Positions 10,901-19,792 of a stretch of DNA of 64,000 nt are shown here, one piece after another. The stretch spans positions 192,001 to 256,000 of the forward strand of contig CAXBMO010000006.1 of NCBI GenBank assembly GCA_963977015.1, in the 5' to 3' direction. The notes under the pieces were generated by a model. The model ran no database searches and had not been told where the DNA came from. It worked only from the letters and a program-made list of their open reading frames with translations. How positions within the stretch are numbered: position 1 is the stretch's first letter; each line of letters opens with the position of its first letter. The stretch is from an uncultured bacterium. GTDB taxonomy: Bacteria; Verrucomicrobiota; Verrucomicrobiia; Verrucomicrobiales; DEV007. The position numbers were made by a program, and so were the translations under genes.

Positions 10901-11054
10901 CGGTCAAATCGAGGCCGCCCTTCGTGGTGAGATCGTCATGACAATCGTAGCAGTGTTGCTCGAAGAAGGCGTTTTGCTTCGAATTCGGTGCCGCAAGGGC
11001 GGGCAAGGCAACGGCGAGGAAAAATAGTGTGGTCAAGAAAACGGTCAGATTCAT
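7929..11054 (-). CDS. PVC cytochrome-c / DUF1587-DUF1595-DUF1592-DUF1588-DUF1585 protein with an inserted CBM60-like module
   Basis: CYDCH and CASCH heme-binding motifs, RRMNRTEYEHTLRDLL, LASRLSYFLWNSLPD, TSPVLRGVWV; FPNDFFD..ADRNLGVSGVEI resembles the Ca-dependent CBM60 signature. Confidence 0.88.
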   Translation of the reverse strand: MNLTVFLTTLFFLAVALPALAAPNSKQNAFFEQHCYDCHDDLTTKGGLDLTALTGDLADPDTLAKWVLVHDRVRAGEMPPINKPQPESAARDGFVANLSRQLLAAEREIETRDGKGLVRRMNRTEYEHTLRDLLALPLLRVKEVLPEDGQQHGFDKVPGALELSHVQIRKYLDAADVALRQAVVEAPKRPETQIWRGLAAEQATGRSAIRIHSAAPIRDGKLAPELTSKVIGHPVENPGFYRLASFDGKADSMVVLSGIFGAHQPQGLQPDKFRVQHGGWYRVRFSIWGCRWNQGAIEPAVRSVIRKYTEFHGWQNPKPESWKRDEKQGWVGDPMPERVVRETEENTAFYGDAEVVHVVRASLKGKVLGFFDAPSLKPTEHEFRVWLEPGEKVSFHTMTLPGTGPMGGGAHNGVRSYEGPGVAYDWFEIEGPLLESWPPRSQQRLFGETPIGKFPRPMIEGKPTCADPLTLSHQQFEGDGHSLESEWLLNLPGEITTMVNFPKPGTYELRVTAFQTPAGDEPAQLWTMLNGREMPHGRFKIEAGRAEPQTIRRTFEIQSAGAAMIGVRFPNDFFDEKTKADRNLGVSGVEIVPVKLIEPDLRSPDTSEMLADFATRAFRRPVAQADIEPYRTIVDQQLLAGERFKDAMIAGYKAILCAPDFLFLGLEGDRALASRLSYFLWNSLPDDELLRLASSGELTKPDTLRAQVTRMLDDSRSDRFIEHFLDEWLELKDIDFTTPDPQLYPEFDPWLRDSMLAETRAYFRKLITENRSVGHIVDSDFVLINQRLAELYDIRGVAGGQLREVKIPRESPRGGLLTQASVLKVTANGTATSPVLRGVWVTERILGIPLRPPPPNIPAVEPDATGAVTIREMIEAHRADASCASCHKIMDPPGMALENFDVIGGWRNNYRGSGRPKMVWVGEGKDRVKQLEPHVSVLTARGDRKPIRLGGAVDASGQLPDGGAFDDVVGLRELLLADERSLARNLARQLLIYATGKGYRFSDRAAIDEIVRETADSGHGVRSLIEAVVTSPLFLEQTIHP

Positions 11055-11776
11055 CTGCGTTCAGATTTGGCGCGTTTGGTATTTTGTTTCGCTTGCCGTT
11101 TTAAATCGGCCTCGGTCTGGTGCATTCCATCAGCCGCCGCCTGACGCGCTTTGGCAAGATCGCGTTCCTCGATCGCGTTCAGGAGCTGATTGTGATGCCG
11201 CAACGCCACCTTCGCGCCGCTCTGCTTCAGCGTCTTGCGCCGCGACTCGAAGAGAAATTGCGCCATCACATCGAGCACGATCCCAAACACCGGATTGCCC
11301 GTCGCCTCGGCGACGATCTTGTGAAAGCGCATGTCGGCGAGGATTTGCTCCTCGATTGTTTTCGCCTTTGCCAGCGCGTCGTTCGCCTCGCGCATCTGCC
11401 GCAGATGCTCATCCGTCGCTTTCTCCGCCGCCTGCACGGCCGCCTCGATTTCCACCGGGCGCCGTACTTCGAGCACATCGAGCAACGTGACGCTGGAGCG
11501 TTCCATCAGGGTGCTGAGCCCGTCAATCACCACCTGCGTATTTGCCGGCAGCACCCTCGGCAGCTTGCCCTGCGAGATTTCCACCAGCCCCTGCGATTCC
11601 AGAATCCGCATCGCCTCGCGAATCACGGTGCGCGATACGCCGAGTTTCTCGGCCAACTCGCCCTGAGAAGGCAACTCGGCGCCAGGCTCGATCATTTCTT
11701 CGAGGATAAACAGTCGCAAGGCTTCGACGGCGCGAGTGACGAGGTTTTCCGGTTTGAGGTCACTCAAGGCGGGCAT
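11051..11776 (-). CDS. GntR/FadR-family transcriptional regulator
   Basis: wHTH (LPSQGELAEKLGVSRTVIREAMRILESQGLV) plus FCD domain (DMRFHKIVAEATGNP). Confidence 0.92.
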   Translation of the reverse strand: MPALSDLKPENLVTRAVEALRLFILEEMIEPGAELPSQGELAEKLGVSRTVIREAMRILESQGLVEISQGKLPRVLPANTQVVIDGLSTLMERSSVTLLDVLEVRRPVEIEAAVQAAEKATDEHLRQMREANDALAKAKTIEEQILADMRFHKIVAEATGNPVFGIVLDVMAQFLFESRRKTLKQSGAKVALRHHNQLLNAIEERDLAKARQAAADGMHQTEADLKRQAKQNTKRAKSERR

Positions 11777-11781
11777 GGGGA

Positions 11782-11811
11782 TCACTTATGTGATAAGTGA
11801 CAGGGTGTCAA
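11782..11811 (-). promoter_or_regulatory. Palindromic operator and -35 box of the fadR-like gene
   Basis: Perfect inverted repeat TCACTTAT-GTG-ATAAGTGA (11782-11800); TTGACA on the minus strand at 11811-11806. Confidence 0.7.
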
Positions 11812-11906
11812 GAATGGACCGCCACTGATGGTTTCTCAGGCCACCTGCTTGCGGAATCCCCGGGCAGTTTTGAGCAATCGACAACAGATCGTTGTCCAAC
11901 GGGGTC

Positions 11907-12077
11907 ATGAAGGTTTGTCAATGTGTTGCTGCAATGCTTTTGAGCGTGGTCTGCCTGGTGGGGTGCAGCTCGACTCCCACGACCATGGGAACGGGTCAAA
12001 AGATTGTGCTGAAATCGATGCTGCCATTCTGTGGCAAGACGGTGAATTCAACAAGTGCTGCACCACTCGATCGATAG
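11907..12077 (+). CDS. Possible small lipoprotein
   Basis: MKVCQCVAAMLLSVVCLVG-C lipobox-like signal; only 56 aa. Confidence 0.3.
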   Translation: MKVCQCVAAMLLSVVCLVGCSSTPTTMGTGQKIVLKSMLPFCGKTVNSTSAAPLDR

Positions 12078-12149
12078 GTTGCTCCAGTGCGGGGTGATGC
12101 GGGACTGAGTTGAGAGGGCAGGGCTGATCCAATGCCGGGAACCAATTGG

Positions 12150-12190
12150 CAGATTCGGTCGTTTTTCAGCTAGATTGCTGCGGCCGACGG
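12150..12190. repeat. 41-bp imperfect direct repeat, copy 2
   Basis: 35/41 identical to 6600-6640. Confidence 0.8.
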
Positions 12191-12221
12191 CGTGGATTGG
12201 GTAACCCCGTTTTCCTATTCG

Positions 12222-13832
12222 ATGAACCCCACCATTGTATTGCTCCTTCTTCTTGTGATTCCGCTGGTTGGGCGCGCCGCAAGTGAAGTTCCGCTCCATC
12301 AACAAATCGATCACCTCGTCGAGGCGGAGGCAGGAGTGTCGGTAGCCAATTTGGCGGACGATGCCGAGTTTTTCCGGAGGGTGAATCTGGATTTTGCCGG
12401 GGTCATTCCAACGGCTGGAGAAACTCGCAAATTTCTGGACGATTCGTCGCCAACCAAAAGAAGGACGACGATTGACGCGCTGCTGAACGGTCCCCGCTAC
12501 GCTTCAACGATGCGCGACCGCTTCCACGTTCATCTGATGGAGCGGCGGGGCAGCGACGAGATCTGGATGGCTTGGCTGGAGAAGGCTTTTGCGGAAAACA
12601 AGCCTTGGGATCAAATGGCCCGGGAAATGATCCGGTCGGACTTTCGCGATGAACCGAATCGCGGAGCGGCTTATTTTTACGCGAAGCGGCTTGAGAAATA
12701 CGGTGCAAACGTCACTGATTATCCCGGGTTGACGCGTGACTTCGGACGTCTCTTTCTCGGGATGGACCTGCAGTGTGCCGAGTGCCACAAGCATCTCTTG
12801 ATCGATGACTATGACCAAGTCGACTTTCAGGGGCTCATGGCCGGGTTTTCAAAGTTGAAGTTGCTGCGCGAGGAATATCCGGCCGTGGAGGAGCAGCTCA
12901 CCACCGGGAAGCATGAATACAGTAGCGTGTTTGTTGGGAAGCCACGGATGGTTGGGCCCAAGATTCCTGGGCTGCCGGAAGTCGAGTTGGTTTCGTTCGA
13001 GAAGGATGACCTCTACATTCAGACGCCGGATCGAAAGACCAAGACGCCGGGCATTCCGCGCTTCAGCCCGCTTCAGCAGTTTGCGCAGCTTCTTCCCGAG
13101 GCGCCCACGTTTTCCGCGAACATCGTCAACCGCATGTGGTTTCTGATGATGGGACGTGGATTGGTCGAGCCGCTTGATCAGTTCCACTCGGAGAATCCGG
13201 CTTCGCATCCCGAATTGCTGAATTTGCTCGCGGCGGAGTTTGCGCGGCAAAATTTTGATATGAAGTGGCTCTTTCGCGAACTGGCACTCACGAAAACCTA
13301 TCAGCGCACGAGCCGGCTTCCTGGTGGAATCGAGCGGGGCGCCAACGACCGTCACTTTCTTTCCGCGACCGAACGCAGGCTCTCTGCCGAGCAACTTCTC
13401 GCGAGCACGTTGCAGGCCGTCAATGTTCAGCCGGAGGATGCGCCGCTTGAGAACAGCTCGCCTGAAGATGAAAGCGGTGACGAGATCATTGGGCTGAATG
13501 AGCGCTTCAATGCCGCGTTTGCCGCCGAAGCCCGCGAGCCGGAATACGAGTTCGCTCCAAGTTTGAAGAGTGCCTTGTTCACGATGAACGACGATGAAGT
13601 CGCCCGGCTCTTGCAACGCGACGACGCGCTTCCGGCCCAGTTGGCTCGTGAAACGGACAATGTGCGAATTGCGGAATCGCTTTTTCTCAATGTGTTCAGC
13701 CGAAGGCCGGAGAAGGAGGAGATTGATGATGTGGCGGCCTTTTTGACCGGTTTTCCGGGGGAACGCAAACAGGCGATAGTGGACGTGACCTGGGCGATGC
13801 TGACATCAACGGAATTTGTGGTGAATCACTGA
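12222..13832 (+). CDS. DUF1549/DUF1553 domain protein
   Basis: ADDAEFFRRVNLDFAGVIPT, LQCAECHKH, NRMW..MMGRGLVEP, NPASHPELL. Confidence 0.92.
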   Translation: MNPTIVLLLLLVIPLVGRAASEVPLHQQIDHLVEAEAGVSVANLADDAEFFRRVNLDFAGVIPTAGETRKFLDDSSPTKRRTTIDALLNGPRYASTMRDRFHVHLMERRGSDEIWMAWLEKAFAENKPWDQMAREMIRSDFRDEPNRGAAYFYAKRLEKYGANVTDYPGLTRDFGRLFLGMDLQCAECHKHLLIDDYDQVDFQGLMAGFSKLKLLREEYPAVEEQLTTGKHEYSSVFVGKPRMVGPKIPGLPEVELVSFEKDDLYIQTPDRKTKTPGIPRFSPLQQFAQLLPEAPTFSANIVNRMWFLMMGRGLVEPLDQFHSENPASHPELLNLLAAEFARQNFDMKWLFRELALTKTYQRTSRLPGGIERGANDRHFLSATERRLSAEQLLASTLQAVNVQPEDAPLENSSPEDESGDEIIGLNERFNAAFAAEAREPEYEFAPSLKSALFTMNDDEVARLLQRDDALPAQLARETDNVRIAESLFLNVFSRRPEKEEIDDVAAFLTGFPGERKQAIVDVTWAMLTSTEFVVNH

Positions 13833-13837
13833 GAACG

Positions 13838-15106
13838 ATGAATCAACTCTGCACTCCATCAGATCATTCCCTTTCCCGCCGTCAGTTCTTGGGCGGGCTC
13901 GGCGGGGCGGCTTTGGGAGGTCTGGTATCTCCCGTCGTTGCCGAGGAACTCCGCAAGAGTGATAAACAGGTCCTCTTTGTTTGGCTCGACGGCGGAATGA
14001 GCCAACTCGAATCCTGGGATCCCAAGCCGAACACTCAATTCGGCGGCCCCTTCCGCCCCATTCCCACCAGCGTGCCCGGCACCCATATCTGCGAGCTCCT
14101 GCCGCGCTGCGCGAAGCAGATGCATCGGCTCACCATCGTGAGAAACATGCGCACCCAGGACAACAGCCATTCGGCCGGTGTCCCGCGCATCCTCCGGGGC
14201 GATCCGGCCAATCGCGGAGTGGAGTATCCCTGGTTCGGATCGGCGGTTTCCAAGCTGTTCGGCCCGGGCAAGAGTGGCTTGCCGCCTTACGTCTGGATCA
14301 AGCCCGGGAGCAGCGGTTTCAAAACGAGCACCGCTGGGTTTCTCGGCCCCAAGTATGGTGCGCTGGCTTTTGGCGATGGGAAGCCGCCGGAAAATTTCGA
14401 TCCGCCTGAGGAGATTTCTCCGGAGCGGGATGCGGCCCGGCAGGCTTTGCGAGAGCGGTTCAGCAATCGTTATGTAAAGGAGCGGCGGCCCCAGGCCAAC
14501 GAGGCAAATCTCCATGTGTTCGACATGGCGCAAACGCTCATGAAGCGTGCTGACTTGTTCGACACGACGAAAATTTCGGGCCGCGATGTGGAACGTTATG
14601 GCAAATCAGAACTGGGCAAGCACATGCTGGTCGCGCGCAATATGCTGGAAGCTGGAGTGCGGTTTGTTCAGGTTACGAGTTATGGTTGGGATTCGCATGG
14701 CGACCATTTCAACGCCGCCGCAAGCCTTCACCCGAAGTTCGACAACGCGTTTGCTTCGATCATCGAGGACCTGCACGAACGCGGGATGTTGGACCATGTG
14801 CTCGTCGTCGCGATGAGCGAGTTCGGTCGGACCCCGCGAATCAACGGGCACTACGGCCGCGATCATTGGCCCGAAGCATGGTCGATGGCGATGGCGGGAA
14901 CCGGGCTGACACCGGGGGGCGTGATTGGAGCAACGAGCAAGGATGGAACAGAGGTTGAGGAGCGAGGGTATGACATCGGGAGCGTCTTTCACACGTGGTA
15001 CAGCGCGCTCGGCATCGATTCGCTGAACGAAGAGTTTTACAATGGCGATCAGCCCCTGCCGATCGCTCATCATGAGATGGACCCCATCACAGAGGCGCTG
15101 GCATGA
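13838..15106 (+). CDS. DUF1501 domain protein (Tat leader)
   Basis: LSRRQFLGG, WLDGGMSQLESWDPKP, SEFGRTPRIN..GRDHW. Confidence 0.92.
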   Translation: MNQLCTPSDHSLSRRQFLGGLGGAALGGLVSPVVAEELRKSDKQVLFVWLDGGMSQLESWDPKPNTQFGGPFRPIPTSVPGTHICELLPRCAKQMHRLTIVRNMRTQDNSHSAGVPRILRGDPANRGVEYPWFGSAVSKLFGPGKSGLPPYVWIKPGSSGFKTSTAGFLGPKYGALAFGDGKPPENFDPPEEISPERDAARQALRERFSNRYVKERRPQANEANLHVFDMAQTLMKRADLFDTTKISGRDVERYGKSELGKHMLVARNMLEAGVRFVQVTSYGWDSHGDHFNAAASLHPKFDNAFASIIEDLHERGMLDHVLVVAMSEFGRTPRINGHYGRDHWPEAWSMAMAGTGLTPGGVIGATSKDGTEVEERGYDIGSVFHTWYSALGIDSLNEEFYNGDQPLPIAHHEMDPITEALA

Positions 15107-16215
15107 GCAAGATTCCTCCCATTGAGCCGAAGCCGCTTGGCATCTTGACGCCGGAGACGCACATCACGGCGCTGCGCTACAGTCCCTGTGGAAACATCCT
15201 CGCGGGAGCGTCGTTCGATCAACGGATCCGTCGCTGGGACCTGCGCACCGTTCGAGGCTCGGAACCCGAACCCCAAAAACCAAAAGCCGAGTACCCAGCC
15301 GCCCGGATGCCGGATGTCGGCGGGCATAATGGGTTCGTTAGTGCGGTAGAGTTTCATCCTTCGCGATTGCTGGCCATCAGTGCGGATACCTGGGGCGCGA
15401 TTCAAGCCTGGCCTTATCTCGCTGATGAACCGAATCAGCTTTGGACGCTACCGGCGGCACACGATGGTTGGATTCGCGAATTGAAGATCAGTCCCGACGG
15501 TGAGTGGTTGGTGAGTTGTGGGAAGGATGGAGTGGTGCGGATCTTTTCCACGATTGACGGCAGACTGCTCAGCGAAACGCATCATCATGGCGAAGACGTC
15601 TTTGCTGCTGCGATTCATCCGGACGGAAACCTGATCGCCTCGGCAGATATGCGCGCGCGCGTCATTTTACAGGAGGTTCCGACCGGGAAAGTGGTGCGGG
15701 AATTTGTTGCGGAGGATTTTTACCAGCTTCACCGGGAGCAGGACCTGGCCGGAATTCGCAAACTGGCCTTCACTCCGGACGGGAAGCAATTGGCCATAGC
15801 CGGAACTCATCCTTCCGGAGGCGGGTTTTTCCAGGGCCTGGCTCACATCCACCTGGTTGATGTTGAGTCCGGGGAGGACCAGCACCAGCTCGTCATGGGC
15901 GTTGAAAAGAAGGACATTTTTGTGCACGACCTGCACTTGCGAGCCGATGGGTTGATCTGCGCGGTTACTTCCGGACAACCCGGCGGAGGGAACCTGATCC
16001 TCCGTTATCCCCATGAAGATGAGCCGCGTTTGATGCACGCCAAAGGCACGGTCAATTGTCACAGCCTGGCGGTTTCGGGTGATGGTCAACGAATCGCGGT
16101 TTCCGCGACCAACACCGGTTCGAATGGCAACGGCAAGCGGCTGGACAAGGAAGGCAACTACGTTGGCAATTACTCGCCGATCCACGTTTTCGAAATCGAA
16201 CCGGGGCTGATTTGA
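15103..16215 (+). CDS. WD40-repeat protein
   Basis: Repeated GH/AH...W(D) units (e.g. AHDGWIRELKISPDG); overlaps the DUF1501 stop codon. Confidence 0.85.
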   Translation: MSKIPPIEPKPLGILTPETHITALRYSPCGNILAGASFDQRIRRWDLRTVRGSEPEPQKPKAEYPAARMPDVGGHNGFVSAVEFHPSRLLAISADTWGAIQAWPYLADEPNQLWTLPAAHDGWIRELKISPDGEWLVSCGKDGVVRIFSTIDGRLLSETHHHGEDVFAAAIHPDGNLIASADMRARVILQEVPTGKVVREFVAEDFYQLHREQDLAGIRKLAFTPDGKQLAIAGTHPSGGGFFQGLAHIHLVDVESGEDQHQLVMGVEKKDIFVHDLHLRADGLICAVTSGQPGGGNLILRYPHEDEPRLMHAKGTVNCHSLAVSGDGQRIAVSATNTGSNGNGKRLDKEGNYVGNYSPIHVFEIEPGLI

Positions 16216-16309
16216 AACCGATTTCCATTGGTGTGCTGGCAGCTTCGGTCGTGGGGACTGGCGGCGGAGACGTCTCCTCCTCAGTGGCTGCAATTCGATC
16301 AATACGAAT

Positions 16310-16813
16310 GTGAAGTTGAGCGAGCATCTAACCGTTGCCGATGGCTATCTCGAGCTGGGCATGTATCGGGATGCCCTTGATGTGCTGGAGGAAATTGTGC
16401 CGGAGACAGAGCACGAACATTTTCAGGTGATCCGCAAACGCCTGACAATATGGGAGGCCGTGGGGGATTGGGCGCAAGGCGCGCGAACGGCGCGGGAAGC
16501 GGTTCTGACGCTACCGAATTACGCGGATCTCTATCTCAAGGGGGCCTATGCCATTCGCCGGGCGGAAAGCGTCGAGTCGGCTCTCGAGTTTCTCAAAAGC
16601 GGAGAACATTGCTGCAGCTACACATCGCTGTGGTGGTATTACCTGGGCTGTTACTACTGCGTGCTTGGTCGAATCGACGATGCAAAGAAGCATGTCTACA
16701 AGGCAGTGGGTTTTGGGAAGCGTGCCTTGCAGGAGAAGGACTTGGAACCACTGTGGGATGAGTTTCGCGCAGCGCGATGGGCAGAGGAAGACGAGGAAGA
16801 GGGCTTCGACTGA
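16310..16813 (+). CDS. TPR-like hypothetical protein
   Basis: ADGYLELGMYRDALDVLEEI and YYLGCYYCVLGRIDDAKKHV helical repeats. Confidence 0.7.
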   Translation: MKLSEHLTVADGYLELGMYRDALDVLEEIVPETEHEHFQVIRKRLTIWEAVGDWAQGARTAREAVLTLPNYADLYLKGAYAIRRAESVESALEFLKSGEHCCSYTSLWWYYLGCYYCVLGRIDDAKKHVYKAVGFGKRALQEKDLEPLWDEFRAARWAEEDEEEGFD

Positions 16814-16835
16814 TTCAGCTCAACCGCTGAAGCCG

Positions 16836-16949
16836 TTGCAGAACGCAAGGTCACGGCACCAAGGCTTTGCATTGTGCAATGCGTCGGCGGCTCTCGGGGA
16901 CGAGAAGGCGTGATAAATTGAGAGGATTTGGGTTGGAATGCCTCCTGCT
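16836..16949 (+). promoter_or_regulatory. Sigma-54-type promoter with two upstream TTGC-N5-GCAA palindromes
   Basis: TGGAATG-CCTC-CTGCT (16934-16949, GG-N10-GC); TTGCAGAACGCAA (16836) and TTGCATTGTGCAA (16867). Confidence 0.6.
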
Positions 16950-16961
16950 CGGCAAGGTGGT

Positions 16962-17171
16962 ATGAATGATCACGTTTACAAAAAGATCGAGATTGTCGGC
17001 AGTTCACAGAACGGTGTCGATGACGCCATTCGCAATGCCATTACCCGGGCATCGGAGAGTATTCACAACCTGCGCTGGTTCGAGGTCGCGGAGATCCGGG
17101 GAGATATTCGCGACGGGAAGCCGGCCCACTGTCAAGTGACCCTCAAGATTGGTTTCACCCTGGATGAATAA
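16962..17171 (+). CDS. Dodecin (flavin-binding protein)
   Basis: HVYKKIEIVGSS...AIRNAITRASESIHNLRWFEV...QVTLKIGFTL. Confidence 0.93.
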   Translation: MNDHVYKKIEIVGSSQNGVDDAIRNAITRASESIHNLRWFEVAEIRGDIRDGKPAHCQVTLKIGFTLDE

Positions 17172-17176
17172 GCGCC

Positions 17177-19117
17177 ATGCCCGAAAACCTGACTCATAAA
17201 CTGATACGCAGTCATCTCATCGACGGCACCATGAAGCCGGGTGAGGAGATCGCTCTACGCATCGACCAAACTCTGACCCAGGACGCAACGGGAACGCTGG
17301 TGATGCTGGAGTTCGAGGCCATGAACGTGGATCGCGTCCGAGCGGAGTTGTCGGCGCAATACGTCGATCACAACCTGTTGCAGGAAGATCACAAGAACCC
17401 GGATGACCACCTGTTTCTCTGGAGCGCGTGTCGAAAGTTCGGCGTGCAATATAGCCCGCCGGGAAACGGGGTGAGTCATCCGGTGCACATGGAGCGCTTC
17501 GGAATTCCGGGCAAGACGTTGGTGGGCTCCGATAGCCATACTCCGGCCGCGGGTTCGCTGGGGATGCTGGCCTTCGGCGCGGGCGGAGTGGAGGTGGCGC
17601 TGGCGATGGCGGGCGAGCCTTTGTACCTCGTGATGCCGGAAGTGTGGGGCGTGAGGCTGACCGGAGAGTTGCCCCCGTGGGTCAGTGCCAAGGACGTGGT
17701 TCTGGAGATGTTGCGTCGTCACGACGTCGATGGAGGCGTGGGGCGCATTGTGGAATATTACGGACCGGGCCTGGATTCGCTTTCGGCGATGGATCGGCAC
17801 GTGATCGCCAACATGGGCACGGAATTGGGTGCGACGACAACGGTGTTCCCTTCCGACGGGGTGGTGAAAGATTTCCTCCGGCAACAGGAGCGTGAGGACG
17901 ATTGGCAGGAATGGGTGGCGGACCATGGAGCGGAATACGATGTGAAGGAAGAGATCGATCTCTCGACGCTTGAACCGCTGATTGCCTGCCCGTCCAGCCC
18001 GGGCAAGGTCGTTCCGGTGCGCGAGGTCGCCGGGCGCGAGATCTACCAGACCTATATCGGTTCGTCCGCCAATCCGGGGCTGCGCGACTTCGCGGTGCCC
18101 GCCATGATGGTGGATGGACGACAAATCTGTAAGAGCGTTTCTTTTGATGTGAACCCGACCTCTCGCCAGCTCTTGGACAATCTGGTTGAGCTTTCCTATC
18201 TGGGAAAACTGATCCGGGCGGGAGCGCGCATCCATCAGGCTGGCTGCAATGGTTGCATTGGCATGGGGCAGGCGCCTGCGACCGGTCGCATCAGCCTGCG
18301 GACTGTTCCGCGCAATTTTCCGGGGCGCTCCGGTACCCGTGAAGACCAGGTTTATCTCTGTAGTCCGGAAACCGCCGCGGCATCGGCCTTGACGGGAAGA
18401 ATCACGGATCCGCGCGAGTTGGATATGCCGTATCCCGAATGGCGGGAACCGGAGGAAATCCGCGTTCATCGCTCCATGATGGACGCCCCGGAAACTGCGG
18501 AGAAAGCGGTGAAGGTTGAGCTCATCAAAGGGCCCAATGTTGCGTCTTTGCCCAAACTCGAGCCGCTCCCGGAGACGTTGGAAGGGCCGGTCTTGTTGAA
18601 AGTGGGTGATGATATATCGACGGACGAAATCATGCCGGCGGGAGCGCGGGTTCTGCCGTTCCGGAGTAATATCCCGAAGATGAGTGAGTTCGTCTTTGAA
18701 GGTGTCGACCCGGGTTATGTAGAGCGCGCCCTGGAATATCAGAAGAGCGGTTCGCTCATTGTGGCGGGAGACAACTACGGTCAGGGTTCCAGCCGCGAAC
18801 ACGCGGCGCTGGCGCCTCGGTTTCTAGGCCTCCGTGCTGTCATTGCAAAGAGTTTCGCCCGAATCCACTGGCAGAACCTGGCGAATTTCGGGATTCTTCC
18901 GCTCACCTTCGTCGATCCGCAGGACTATGATGCGATCGAAGACGGCGATCAGTTGAAGATCGAAGGGATCCGCGAGATCCTGCAACAAGGCGGGGATGAC
19001 GCGATTACCGTGCGCAATAATACCAAAAACACGACCTTCGAAGCGCGGCATCGCCTGAGTAGCCGGCAGCGCAAAATGATCCTCGCGGGCAGTATCCTGG
19101 CCACGGTGGATTCCTGA
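17177..19117 (+). CDS. Aconitate hydratase (small, Aquifex-type aconitase)
   Basis: QDATGT, GSDSHT, GCNGCIGMGQAP, RNFPGRSG, ISTDEI, NYGQGSSREHAAL. Confidence 0.92.
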   Translation: MPENLTHKLIRSHLIDGTMKPGEEIALRIDQTLTQDATGTLVMLEFEAMNVDRVRAELSAQYVDHNLLQEDHKNPDDHLFLWSACRKFGVQYSPPGNGVSHPVHMERFGIPGKTLVGSDSHTPAAGSLGMLAFGAGGVEVALAMAGEPLYLVMPEVWGVRLTGELPPWVSAKDVVLEMLRRHDVDGGVGRIVEYYGPGLDSLSAMDRHVIANMGTELGATTTVFPSDGVVKDFLRQQEREDDWQEWVADHGAEYDVKEEIDLSTLEPLIACPSSPGKVVPVREVAGREIYQTYIGSSANPGLRDFAVPAMMVDGRQICKSVSFDVNPTSRQLLDNLVELSYLGKLIRAGARIHQAGCNGCIGMGQAPATGRISLRTVPRNFPGRSGTREDQVYLCSPETAAASALTGRITDPRELDMPYPEWREPEEIRVHRSMMDAPETAEKAVKVELIKGPNVASLPKLEPLPETLEGPVLLKVGDDISTDEIMPAGARVLPFRSNIPKMSEFVFEGVDPGYVERALEYQKSGSLIVAGDNYGQGSSREHAALAPRFLGLRAVIAKSFARIHWQNLANFGILPLTFVDPQDYDAIEDGDQLKIEGIREILQQGGDDAITVRNNTKNTTFEARHRLSSRQRKMILAGSILATVDS

Positions 19118-19125
19118 GCGCAGGG

Positions 19126-19208
19126 ATGCGTTCCGCAAGGCGATCCATTGCGACTTGCAAGGCTCTCGCGATCGATTCTCCGGAAAGCGGGTTGGCACGA
19201 GATTTGCA
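19126..19208 (+). promoter_or_regulatory. Consensus sigma-54 promoter with two upstream palindromes
   Basis: TGGCACG-AGAT-TTGCA at 19193-19208; ATGCGTTCCGCAA (19126) and TTGCGACTTGCAA (19148). Confidence 0.75.
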
Positions 19209-19221
19209 CTTCTATCCTATT

Positions 19222-19686
19222 ATGACGACTTCAACCCTTATCGATAAAGACCGCTGCATCGGAGTTTGCAACAATCTGCTTCAAGGTGAGCGCTCGGCGG
19301 TGGAGACCTATACCCTGGTGCTCAAGAAATTCAGCGCCAATGGAGCTGCCCCTGAACTGACACGTCTCCGCAACGAACATGCCGCAGCGGTGAGGCAATT
19401 GGAAGACAACGTCCGCCAAATGGGTGGCGTTCCGGATTCCGGCTCGGGCTTGTGGGGCAAATTTGCCAAATCGGTCGAGCGGGCGGCGCAACTGTTCGGC
19501 GCGGAATCGGCCATGGCGGCTCTCCAACTTGGCGAGGCTCACGGACGGGTTCAATACCAGCAGGCTTTGGAGGACGAAAGCGTATTGCCGGAATGCAAGG
19601 AGATGATCAGCACTTGTCTATTTCCGCAGACAAAAGAGCACATCGCCACTCTGGAACGGTTGCAACACGGCGAGATGGCTCGCTGA
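19222..19686 (+). CDS. Ferritin-like DUF2383/PA2169-family protein
   Basis: NNLLQGERSAVETY...EH...GGVPDSGSGLWG...LQLGEAHG four-helix-bundle pattern. Confidence 0.8.
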   Translation: MTTSTLIDKDRCIGVCNNLLQGERSAVETYTLVLKKFSANGAAPELTRLRNEHAAAVRQLEDNVRQMGGVPDSGSGLWGKFAKSVERAAQLFGAESAMAALQLGEAHGRVQYQQALEDESVLPECKEMISTCLFPQTKEHIATLERLQHGEMAR

Positions 19687-19792
19687 ATCGAGAAAATTTC
19701 TACTTGGTGGTAGAACCGGTCCAGGCCGGCTGGCAAGGGAGCACTTGCTTGACTGGCCTGGATTCGGAGCCTGACATGCGCGAAGTTTGGAG

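Noticed and set aside
11828-12097. Cys-rich 89-aa ORF (MCCC..., KCCTT) as a possible RiPP precursor or metallothionein
   Set aside because: No modification enzymes nearby, and it overlaps a more plausible lipoprotein frame.
12222-16215. DUF1549/1553-DUF1501-WD40 cluster as novel
   Set aside because: It is a very common paralogous module in PVC genomes, and nothing distinctive was seen here.
19725-19760. Sigma-54 promoter upstream of fumC (TGGCAAG...TTGC)
   Set aside because: The GG-to-GC spacing is not the required 10 nt.
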